Shown here one piece after another: positions 1 through 11,908 of a DNA stretch of 64,000 nt. The stretch's first letter is position 1. The number at the start of each line of letters is the position of its first letter. The notes beneath the pieces are model-generated. The model worked only from the letters and a program-made list of their open reading frames with translations, was not told where the DNA came from and did not search any database. The stretch lies in the NCBI RefSeq assembly GCF_021028975.2, contig NC_059436.1:36642001-36706000 (forward strand), read 5' to 3'. The stretch comes from Sphaerodactylus townsendi. Lineage: Eukaryota. Position numbers and translations under genes: made by a program.

Positions 1-1166
1 ACAATGAGGGGGCAGCCTCTATTGTTTTTTAAGCTGTCAAGTAATTTAAAGAAGGCCCAGATCAGGCTTGCAGTACATGCAAGGATACTTTGGGATAACA
101 GAAGTCCATTCACTCAGTAAATTACATGCAGGTACATGCTATCTTTTACACATCTGCAAAATTATTGCAGCAGACTGTTGGAAGAATTGGGAAGAAAGCA
201 ACTCTGCTCTTCAGTCATGGGGACTTGTTGGGGGAGTGAAAACCATGGGAGGTGGATACACATGTGGTTAAAAACCATGGTAGATGTTTTGCTGGGACCC
301 TTTTCTCTAGCATGCTGACTGTTTATGCTGTTGGTGGAGCAAGGATGGGGAGAAGTTGTGCAGGAGGATCTATAGTTACCGGCAGCTTAACTTTACACCC
401 CAAAGCACTAACAGGGATTACTGTGAGAGGCTTTTAAAAAGGTGCAGGACTTCATCTGAGAGGCAAATAGGACCTTATGTGTGACAGCCATTGGGAAGTT
501 GGTGCCCACCCAACCATTGTCACGCATAAGAGCTGGGTAACTTATTTTGAAATTGCTCTGTTCAGCTCTGATGCACTATGAAAGAGGAAGATGGACTTCC
601 AGTTCCCCCATCCCATTTTTGCCTGAGGAAACAGCCATGGGGAAGCTGTTTGCCCCTTTTTCTGACTCCACGTGCCCTTTCCACTGACAAAAACAGCACA
701 GGAAGGAAACTGGAAGCCTCTCCCCCCCCCTCGCAGTGCTCTGAAGCCAAATGAAGCTGTTTCAAGGTAATCTACTCAATTTTTATGTGTAACAGTGAGT
801 TGGGTTGGGCACCTGTGTCGTGACTCATATTACACACAGTACTTAGTTTGACCTTCAGAGCTATTGGCTGGCATGGTGTCCATCCCTGTCCTCATGTCAA
901 ACGTGGTTTTCGTGCATCCTTGTTGCAGCAAAAATGGAGTCTCTCCTTCTGTCTGTTCCTCCTCCATAGTTAGTGAACAATAGTGGTATGTGCTGTCAAG
1001 GTGAGGCTGACTGCCTCACCTTTAAAAAAAAATGATTTTCAGGGTAAGAAAATCATTGTCCCTTTTCACTCATGTTTTTTTCCATTCCCCACTGTCTCCC
1101 TCCTCCCCTTTTCTTGTTCTCTGTCCACATCTGGCTGGTACCACCATCTCTCCTCCCTCCCCCAAG

Positions 1167-4100
1167 ATTATGCCGAGCAGGTCCGAAATTTGCAGAAGAT
1201 TAAAGAGAAGCTTGAAATTGCACTAGAGAAGCACCAGGATTGTATGTATCGTTCTTATCTTTCCTTTTGAAAGGGGTTTGAGAATCTATTTATTAACCGA
1301 TGGCTATCTGCATAAACTTGCTGCTGCAAGATGAGCAGTGGACACTAAGTTACGTGCCTTTAAAAAGGGAGAGTGCACAAATTCAGATCTGTGTTCAGAG
1401 GCCGGGTGAGTCTGAATGCCTGTTGCTGGAGGAGGTGGGGGCAAACTCTTGTCTTCGTTCCCATCTTGTGAGCATTCTGGAAAGAAGAAGAAGCGGAGGT
1501 GGTGCTTGGATTACACCCTGCTTTTCTCAACCATAAGGAGTCTCAAAGTGGCTTACAAACTCCTTCCCTTCCTCTCCCCACAATAGACACCTGGTGAGGT
1601 AGGTGGGGCTGAGACTGTTCTGAGAGAGCTGTGATTAGTCCAAGATCATCCAGCAAGTTTCATGGGGAGGAGTGGGGAATCAAAACCGGTTCTCCAGATT
1701 AGAGTCCAGCACTCCTAACCACTACACCACTCCATCTCTACACCATGATGGGAGCATCTGTTTGGCTGCTGTAGTCCTAGATCAGGGGTTAGCAACTTTT
1801 ACCACCCAAAGAGCCATTTGGACCCATTTTCCATGGCCCCGAAGATCTACCGAGCCGGAGAGGCAACTCCACACGGAGCCGCCTCCGGTTCAGCCCCTCC
1901 ACTCACCTTTCCTTCCAGCGCTGCTCTGGAGGGCTGGAGAGACATGCCCGCGCTACCCTCCGACCTCCAGGCCACACGGAGCCGTAGTATAAGGCTGAAA
2001 GAGCTGCATGTGGCTCTGGAGCCGCAGGTTGCAGACCCCTGTCCTAGATGGAATCTCAGAGTCAGGGGGTTTGTAGCTAATTGATTGAGATGCACTCTTA
2101 CCTCATTGTAACTGCTTAACGCTACAAATCAAATGCTGCTAACAGATATGTGTAACCAGCCTGCTATATATTACCACTGCCATCTGTGGCATTCTTTCCT
2201 TGATCTTTATGGCTTACCCTTGATACCCTGCTCCCATGAGAGATGTATCCGTTATCTTGTGTGGGAAAGAAGCCAAGTGGCTCTCCCTCACTCTCTGCCG
2301 CTGATCTGAGGGTGCCTCCGCTCCGGGGACTGTTATTCACAATTTCTTGGGAATTTGGGAGGGGGAATTTGCTGGGATTAAGGGGGTGGCAGAAGTCCGG
2401 TTTCCCCAGAACTGGCTTTGCCAAGCTTTGGTGCTCTGACGCTTTTCAATAAACACTACTGATCAACTATACGGAGTCCGTGTATTGGCTTGAGGTTCGA
2501 GACCTAACATTCATTGGGCGTTTCTGTTGTTCTTAGGCAGACCATGCTGGTGTTTGGTAGTTGTTCCTTCTTGCAATTGAGAGAACATCCATGCTGTATT
2601 TCTGCTCAAGATTAGGTTATGACCTCATGGGTGGCAGTACCCGCATCCAGCCCAACGTCACTGGAGGTTCGCAGCTGAGCCTGAAGCACAGTAGGCAAAA
2701 GTTCCTGTTTATTGACCAGGCAAAAACAGAAGCCCAAGCACCAGGACTGACCTCTCCCAAGGCTTCCTGCTTCCAGAGTTTGCTCCTGTTTCCTGCGCTC
2801 GAGGCTGGAGTTTCTGCAGTCCCAGGAATTTATCTAGGCTAGGTTACATCCTCAGTTTGTCACATTCCTGATTTGTGCTGGAACTACAATAGGCCATGTT
2901 GTGAAGCTTCATTGCTGAAACCGTTGTCTTCAGGAGAAGTTCAGTTCAGCCACAACAAGCCTTGTCCGTTGCAACGCGTATGCTCATGTATGTTGTTCAA
3001 ACATCATTGCCCTTCTGGCAATAGATAGAGCTGATACACATGGATTTAGGAGTCTTCGACCAGGAAAAAAAAAATGTCATCAAATGCCAGTATTATTTCT
3101 ACCCGATTTCTAAAGAACAAAGAATCTGCTATCTGGGCAGAGACGTCAGAGAAACATGTATTGCTACATTTCAGCAAACATTTGTAGTGTTCTGATTTGT
3201 CTGCATGATCTATGCATAAGGGACACAGCATTAGATGTCACATTTCTGGCATTTTGAGGCCATGGTGGGGGGATGTTCTTTTCCTGCCCCCTCCCCCCTT
3301 AACTTGAAATTTTGGGGAAAATTGAAATATATGCAGTCCTTGCTGTTCTACTGAATCTAAACAATGTTAACCGCTGTACCAACACGAAGTGCATCATTGC
3401 TACCTTATTAGCATGTAAAATTACAATATTGTCCATATTTATGGAATGTTAAAGTTATCATTGCCTTAATTTTCTCCACACAAAATTGCAAATGTACCCG
3501 TTACTTGAGAGAAAACTGCAAGCTGATGGCACCCTGTCCCATCTTTCAGCATTCATCTTTTTTGGTTCAGGTCTTTTAAATGCAAAATACTAGTACATAC
3601 AGCCCTGTTTTTAAGAATCTGCTTTGCCGTTTGAAAAACTGCATAGTAAAATAGTTCTACAAGATGAAACTGGTCTACTTTCTTGATGGGGTGGATCAAA
3701 ATAATTCCTTTTTTTACCAGCTTTGTGAGGCAACTAGAAAAGGTAAATGAAGCACAGGACTACAGAGTTTCCTTTGACGATGCACAGATGTTACTTGGAT
3801 TTGTGCTTTGTATGTCATCCACAGCTTCTCTGAGGAAACTTCAGGAACAGAATGAGGCTCACCAGGCCAGCAGAGCCAAGATGGCAGAGGGAATGGCCTT
3901 AGCGCTTGAGAAGAAGGATCAGGTAATAGTTCTTGTGAAGTCTTGGGCACAGTATGGGTTTGTAGAGAATTTCTAGAAGGAGATGCACATTCTCCTGGAT
4001 GCCCTGCTATCCCATGGCACGAATACATGGCATTAATACTTTGTTTTTTTAATGTAAGAAGATATCCAGCCAGATATCTTCGGTTACTTTTACAGAAAAC

Positions 4101-7100
4101 AATCTTCCACAACTGTATATGTAACAAGGATTTCTAGTTCCTATGGTATTTCTTTATTTACATTGTAAAAGTCTATTCAGAGGTATCTTTTTAAAAATTG
4201 AGTTATTCTGTTTTCTGTTCAGCCCACTGCAAAGTCATCTGTTGAATTTCCACAGTCCAAACCAGTCAAACACTTCCATTGATTTGTCCGTTGCCAACTC
4301 CTTGTTACGATTATTTGTTACAACTGCCAGCTACTGAGCAGTTTGCTTCTTGAGCCCCACTCCATTGAATGACTCAAGTGGAGTTCTAGGGATTTGAAGA
4401 AGAAGAAGAGTTTGGATTTATATCCCCCCTTTCTCTCCTGCAGGAGACTCAAAGGGGCTTACAATCTCCTTTCCCTTCCCCCCTCACAACAAACACCCTG
4501 TGAGGTAGGTGAGGTAGGTGGGGCTGAGAGAGCTCCAAGAAGCTGTGACTAGCCCAAGGTCACCCAGCTGGCATGTGTGGGAGTGCACAGGCTAATCTGA
4601 ATTCCCCAGAGAAGCCTCCACAGCTCAGGCGGCAGAGCTGGGAATCAAACCCAGTTCCTCCAGTATAGATACACGAGCTCTTAACCTCCTACGCCACTAT
4701 GCCACATTTGGTGTATTTCCCCTAACTTTTGACTAGGAATCTTTCCTGGGTGTTCTGGGCAAAGCTTCAAATGCATTGAGTTACGTTCCCTTGAGTTTTC
4801 CATGGATTTTTTTTATCCGCAAGACAAGGGAGGTCTGCCCACTAATTCTTGTATTTAAGGTACATTTGAGGAGATTCCAGCTTCTTTGTCACTTGAGTCA
4901 TTATGACATCATGTGAAGAAGTAAGCTCATGTTGAAATAAATGTTGTTAGTCTTTAAGGTGCCACTGGACTTTTGTTTAGCCTGAGAAGCCCACCCATTT
5001 ATCAGAGGGTGGCTAGTGGGTCTAGTAAGAAGGTAGAGCACCTCCTTTGGTTGTTCAGTAATAAAGTGTTGCATTCAGAAGATCCCAGGTTTGTTCCCAG
5101 TATCTCCAGTTAAAGGCTGTTGAGTAATGGGTGATGGGAAATACCCTTTTCTGCTTGAAATCTAGGAGAGTTATTGCCAGATAATAACCATATGTTGCTA
5201 GATGGACTGCTGGTCTGAATGTGTACCATGCAACTTCATAAGTTTATTATCTGGCCTGTTTTGAAGTATTAAATTACTTTTGTGGGTGACAGTTCCTCCT
5301 TGCCCTCTCATTTTCCCCCTCCCATACCAGATGTAGTCCCTCAGTTGATTATATTTTCTTCAGAGGCTGTCTCTTTAAGGACATCTACTGTGATGTAACA
5401 ACACCTGCTGCTGGTTCTCTTTGGAGAGTGCAGAGCAGATGGCCTTGGCTCTGAGCCACTTTGCTTTGGGGCTTCGTTGCTGCTGCTCAGTTCTCCCTGG
5501 TTTATTCCTAGCATTCTTTGGTATTTGTGGTGAGGCAGGTCCTTCTTGGCCCCATCACTGTTTCCTGTTGATATCTGGAGTAGGCGAGCCAATGTTTACT
5601 TGTCCTTTTTTCCGTTTCCAGGAATGGCGGGAGAAGCTGTCTCATCTCGAAAAGGCAAGTTGGCTTGCTTAAAGCTAGCCCCAGATATTTGAACAGGCCT
5701 GAGGAAAAAGTGATAGTTACCTTTGCAGGGATCAATCTTCACCTACCCAGGGGCTCAAAGCTTGAAGCTGTCCTGCATACTTGAGCTGCTTGGTCTCTGC
5801 CTTTCACTTTCTCCCCTGTGTGTGGTTCAGTTGCTGTTCTCCTGGAAGCAATAACTGGGGCACGCAGTGGGTGTTCTTTCTCTGCAGGAGTACATGGGAT
5901 GGAAGGGCCTAATTTCCAGGTTGTCCACTAGAGGCTGAATTTTCCAGGGTCATGCAGCCACTCCTGAAATCCCGTAGGTCTCTGGAATGTTGAAGATGGA
6001 CTTGCAGGGAAACAAATGCACAGCAGCCTCCCCTCAGACTCTTGTTGCCTTTTGTGTTGCCGTGTTTGTCTCCTAACCCTGTTCTGTATGCCTATCGGCC
6101 ACTTAACAGGAAAGAAAGATCCTTTCAACACAATTACAAGAGATGCGAGAACAGAGCTTGAATCTCTTCCAGAAGCGAGACGATTATGATGAGCTGGAAG
6201 GCTTCCAGCAGCAAGAACTGGCTAAAGTCAAGCACATGGTGAGGCAGTTGGGGTGGGACCGGCTGCTCTGTAACATTGTCCTAGTCAGCCAGGTATTTGC
6301 TTGGCCCTGTCCTGATGCCTCCACAATGACTGCCTGTTCTCAGCCTGTTTCAGGAGGGCGGCAGAGACCTGTTTAACTTAATCCAGTGAAAGACTCTCAG
6401 ATAGCAGGTACAGGGAAAAGACCTTCCTCTGCCTGAGACCTTGGTGATGTCCTGCCAGTCAGGATGGACAGTACTGGGATAGATGAACCCAGGGTTTGAT
6501 TCTGTATAAATCAGCTTCATATATTCAGGGTTTCATGACCCTGGCTGCCAGGCCAGATAGACTGCTGCTTTTCTCCTTGCATCCAAGCCTACGGGAATTT
6601 GTCCACTCTCTGCTGCCGCCATTTCTAACCCTCATTCCTTGCTCTGTCCTTGCCTTGCCTTTTCCTCCCAACCTTCTGATCTGAGGTGGGAAATGCTTAT
6701 GTTTAACTGTAATAATGATGGCGAGAACAGTTGCTCCTCCATTGCAGAAGTGCCTCCCTTGAACTGCTTCATATGTTTGCTTCATTTTTCAAACATCCAG
6801 CTTTTGAAGAAAGAAGAATCTTTAGACCAAATGGAGCGAGAACTGGAATCCTCTCGGAAAGAGCTCACCCGTGCCCAAGAAGACCTCCAGGCCTCCAGCT
6901 CTTTGACTTCACGCCTGGCTGCCGAGTTGCAGGAGCTACGAGAGCAGCATGCGAACCTGAAGGCAGAGAGGTTGGCAGTGCCAGTCTTGCCACTGGCCAT
7001 TCTGCTTGGTGTGAGCGTGTTTGGTGGGAGGGCTTGTTTGTCTGAATTTTTGGGATGATTGGCTGGATGTGGGGGAATTCCTTTGAGTTGTTGCTGTCAG

Positions 7101-10100
7101 TTCTCCTTGGGTTGTCGGTCATGGCCAGAGGGTGAATTTGCACGGGGAAATTGTTAATCCTTACTCGTTGTAGTTGTTTAAAGAACTCTTACTCTGGGCG
7201 AAGAGATGTTGAGGGATCTTGCAACCCCATAGTCTCAGGCTTTTGACACCTAGCCTACTGATGAGCTCGCCCAGTGTGCAAGTATACTTGGGGTAGCCAC
7301 CCATTGCACCTGCCTGGCTCTGATAGAGCCAATTGGCTGTCTTGACCAAATCCCACCCCACACCAACATGCATATGTTATAATGTTATGAAAACTGCTGA
7401 CTAGTATCATTCACCCCCACCATTCGTTACCTTTTACCTTCTCTCTGGGTATCTGTTGGGAGGAAATGGGGTTTAAGTAAATATTCACGGCAAATCACTG
7501 CAAAGAGAGGGACAGCTGTGTGTGTGAGGAGAACCTGTCATCTCATCACTTTCAACTGTTGACTACTTGAACATGCAAACACTTTCAAAATATTTCCCTT
7601 CCTAATTAACAGCTGAGAAGCTACAAAAGAGCTAGTAAAGAACTAGAACCTATTCATAATGAATATCTTGCCAATTCTCTTCTTGAAATAATTAAATGTC
7701 AATGATATATTAATGATTTTTCTTTTTTTTAAATCTTATTATTTGTCAATTATATTTTAACCTTCCTTTTTATACTGCATTATAAATTTATGCNNNNNNN
7801 NNNNNNNNNNNNNNNNNNNNNNNNNNNNNNNNNNNNNNNNNNNNNNNNNNNNNNNNNNNNNNNNNNNNNNNNNNNNNNNNNNNNNNNNNNNNNNNNNNNN
7901 NNNNNNNNNNNNNNNNNNNNNNNNNNNNNNNNNNNNNNNNNNNNNNNNNNNNNNNNNNNNNNNNNNNNNNNNNNNNNNNNNNNNNNNNNNNNNNNNNNNN
8001 NNNNNNNNNNNNNNNNNNNNNNNNNNNNNNNNNNNNNNNNNNNNNNNNNNNNNNNNNNNNNNNNNNNNNNNNNNNNNNNNNNNNNNNNNNNNNNNNNNNN
8101 NNNNNNNNNNNNNNNNNNNNNNNNNNNNNNNNNNNNNNNNNNNNNNNNNNNNNACATTGGCTCGTCTTTGGCCAGTGAGTGAACTTTTTTCCTTTTTGGT
8201 AAAGGGATGAACTCTTAGATGCAGAGGAAAGTGCAGAGAATAAGATTACTGTCCTGGAGCAGCGGGGCCGTGAACTTCAAGCATACATCCATCAGATGTC
8301 AGTAGATCTTCAAAATGTAAGCTGGGAAATACACGTTCTTCTCCCTTCAACATGAATCCTTCCTTTCTGGCAGAGACCGCTGCCTCAGGCTGCTGTGCCC
8401 CTGATGGGTACATGCTTAGTGGCAAGCCTTGGTTTGCTGGCAAGAAATGTGTTATGTAGCATAACCGCAGGGTTGTCTACCTCTGTGCGGAGTTCACAGT
8501 AGTGCAAAGAATCAGCAGCCAATGTTCCAAGAGTAGTTAGTGATGAGAAGCAATTGGAAGAGAAGGGATCCCAGGATAAGAAACATTGCCCGCCCGCCCC
8601 ACCAGCTGTCTTACTGAACCTTGCTTGGATAAATGACCCCAAACCAGCAGAGTGGTGGTGGCTCTATTTGCAAAGGTTCTATTTTAAAGGTGCCTTCCTC
8701 TGATATTCTAGTCTCAGGTTACTGCCTCCGGTTGTGAGAAGACATTGGAAATGTTGCAAGCAGAACATGAAGCTCTGAAGCTGGAGTATGAACAGCACAA
8801 GCAAAAGGTATGTCCTGGAACTTCCCATGCACGGGCACTGCACACAACCAAAGACAACACCTGATGCTTAAAACTATTCCTGAGGGAAGACCAAAACATC
8901 GAGCCAATGTACTTGCGCAAAATTGAGGGTTATGTTACCAGATTTCCAGAGCTGGCAAAGCTGGAGCTGGTGGGAGTAGATCTACTCCTGATGCATTTTA
9001 CGGGAGCATTTTCCATATAGTTTTCATGAACTAGATGACCTCCTGGAGTTATTCTGTTTCTTGTTTTCTGGGGCAGTTTCTACAGCAGCACTCCGAAGTT
9101 TTTCTAAAGAGCTGTCCCTCCCATCCACCTTCCCCTCTGCCAGAGAGGACTGCTCCATGTTCTTGCTGAGAAGTGCCTGGTTCGGTTGAAAACTGCCTCT
9201 CTCCCCCAATCAGTTGGCTGCAGAGCAATGATGTATGCGTTGGGTGTTCCAACAGATGATTGTTGAAGTGGAGGAGAAAAACCAGCTCATGGGACACTTG
9301 CAGGGGAAACTGACCACCCTAGAGAAGCGGTTGGAAGGGAACCTCTCTGGTGATGAGCATGTACGGGAGCTGCTCCAAGAGGTAATTGTATGCCTTCAGT
9401 AGGACTTGGAAAGGATGTCAGAGCACTGCATGAAGGATACCTAATTTGTGTGTGTGGCAGACCTTATCCCTAGCATCTTCTGAAGCCACTAGAGTTTGCT
9501 TGCTCACACATGTTCTTGCTCTGCAAGAGTCCCCTGGTTCAAAAAGTGTTCCTTCCAGACTCCGTGGAAGCTCTGTGGTTAAGTTTGGGCTAATGACCAT
9601 TTGTGTCTTCTCCAGAAAAGTGCTCTGGAACACCGGCTAGAGAGTGCCCTGCAGCAGCTTTCAGCAGCACGGACAAGTCATGCAGAGAATCAGAACCTCT
9701 TGGATACTCAGGTAGGAATGCTGGGTGAGGATGCTGTTAGACTTTGTGTGAGAGAGCTGCAGGATTCATAGCTCATAGGTGATCATTCTTAACTTGGCAA
9801 GGGCAGGGTTTATTTGAAAAGTGGTTTGCCATGGAATCTGCTTTCAGTGCTGCAGCTCGGGTCTGGAATTAATGAGATAGCAATTTTTTTTTCTGAGCAT
9901 GTGCTAGGCATCTCTTTCCCTGCCAGCTCTCCACATTAGGTGTTTTGAGCATACCTCTTATCTGAAATGTAAACCGGATTTGTAATGTTAATGTGAGCCT
10001 ATCCTTGAGGAGGGGCAGCAGAAATAGACATCCCTTTGTGTTGAGAATTTAATGCACCTTCAGGAAACAAAGTTGTACCAATTCTGGCTTCAGGTGTGGG

Positions 10101-11843
10101 AATGGCACATTTATGAGTGGCCTCCACAGCTCCCTGCCCATATGGGAGTGGGCACAGAGGTTTGGTCCCCCACTTAAAGGGTGAAGTGACGGAGTTGGTG
10201 AAATCTGCACCAGACACATTTTCTAATTATGCATCTCTGCACAATTGGAGATAGTGACTACATGCAGACATTGCATTGAGAAGGGACCTTAATTATGGCT
10301 TGATATGACATTTGAATTGACAAGCTATAGTTTATGGTCAGCTGGTATGCCAGAACTGGAAATCTGGGACTGGCTTTCAAACAGTAGTTGGTGCTACCTA
10401 TAGATCGGTATGGTGTCTGAATTGACAAATCAGAGTTGCAGCTGTTTTGCTACTTCCAGATGATGGGCATGAACTTATATTTGTAGAACCCCTTAGAGGA
10501 CAGCAAATACAAGTCGACCAGCTGTTCTAATCCATGACTGGTCTGGGAAGTCCAAATCATTTCTTGAGCCAAAGCATATTGCATCCTAGATCCAACAACT
10601 GAATTGCAAAATAGCAGAAGGGCAGACGCAGCTGAATGAGAGAGAGAAGGCCATGCAGAGCATCCAGGAGAGCAGTTTGCACCAGGTAGAAGCAATGTGA
10701 GCCTGTGTGCTTCTTTTCTCCTTTTATTGTGAAGGAGGGTGGCCGTGCTGGAAGGCAGTCAAGGGTGTAAGGCCAGGAATGAATGCGTTTGTTCATCTTG
10801 CAGCTGAAAGATCTAGAACGAGCCCTTCAACTTGCCAATGAGGCAGAGGCGAAAAGTAAAGATGATATCAGGGAGAGAGAGCAGCAGATCCAAAAACTGG
10901 TGAGTAGGAGGGGTGGGGGGACACCTTCACCAGATTTTGAAAGCTGTAGTGGACTGAGTGACTAAGGAATTTCCCTCCCTTTCTCCCTGTCCAAGGCAAG
11001 GGGAAGGGAATATTCATTGCATTTGTATCTTGCTCACCTTCCACCATGGATCTCAAGGCAGCCAATGTAGTATTTCCATCCAGGCTCTGATTAAGGCTGC
11101 TTAGCTTCTGTAAGGTAACCAACTCATTTTCCCAATTGGCCATGCTGGCAAGGGCTGATGGGATTTGTAGTCCATGAACATCTGGAGAGCCGCAGGTGGC
11201 AGACCTCTGCTGTAGTTGCTGCCTTGCAGTAGAAATGGTAACTAAAATGTGGTGCTGTTGCCTAGGATTTTGGGTCAGCTTCTGGTCCAGCGGGAAGAAT
11301 CATGTGTAAGGATATGCAGGCTAGGACAGAATCCTGGGAGTCTATACTTAGAAAGGGTGTGTTGCCAGAACTCCATGTGTTTTTTCTGTGGCTTCCTATT
11401 TCTCTTTCAGGACCCACAGCAACCATCCTCACTGCGAGTTGCTTTGATCACATTCTATTTCTATGTGGCTTCAGAGTAAAATAGTTTGCACACTTATAAA
11501 ATAGCCCTGGAAAGTGAATCAGAATAAAGCCTACCAATTGAGTAAGACCATGCAAAACAAGCTATTTTAAAAAAACGTAGTGCATAAGATTCTCCAGGAC
11601 TCAGACGAAGCAGCATATAAACATCCTAAATAAATGTATAAGCACATGTGCACACTCCTTCCTTTGGGTACCTGAAAGATTAATGCAAATGTGACTACAA
11701 ATTTAAATGGACTGATAACCCCACCCGCAATGCAATGCACTGAACCACACCTTTGAATAGCAGGTTCCACCCAAATACTTAATGATTGGATCCCCACCCT
11801 GGGACATGGACAATCTATACCCCACTAAACATTCCCTCCTCAC

Positions 11844-11908
<65 letters not shown>

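Noticed and set aside
4915-4978. Second Penelope-derived short element as an active hammerhead (also ~28612-28690, minus)
   Set aside because: The catalytic boxes are deleted or mutated; relics only.
7780-8182. Poly-X ORFs in the ORF track
   Set aside because: Artefacts of the N gap.
11847-11906. A60 tract and the antisense poly-Phe ORF (11843-12067)
   Set aside because: Retro-insertion tail or homopolymer assembly artefact; no coding evidence and no processed pseudogene recognisable upstream.
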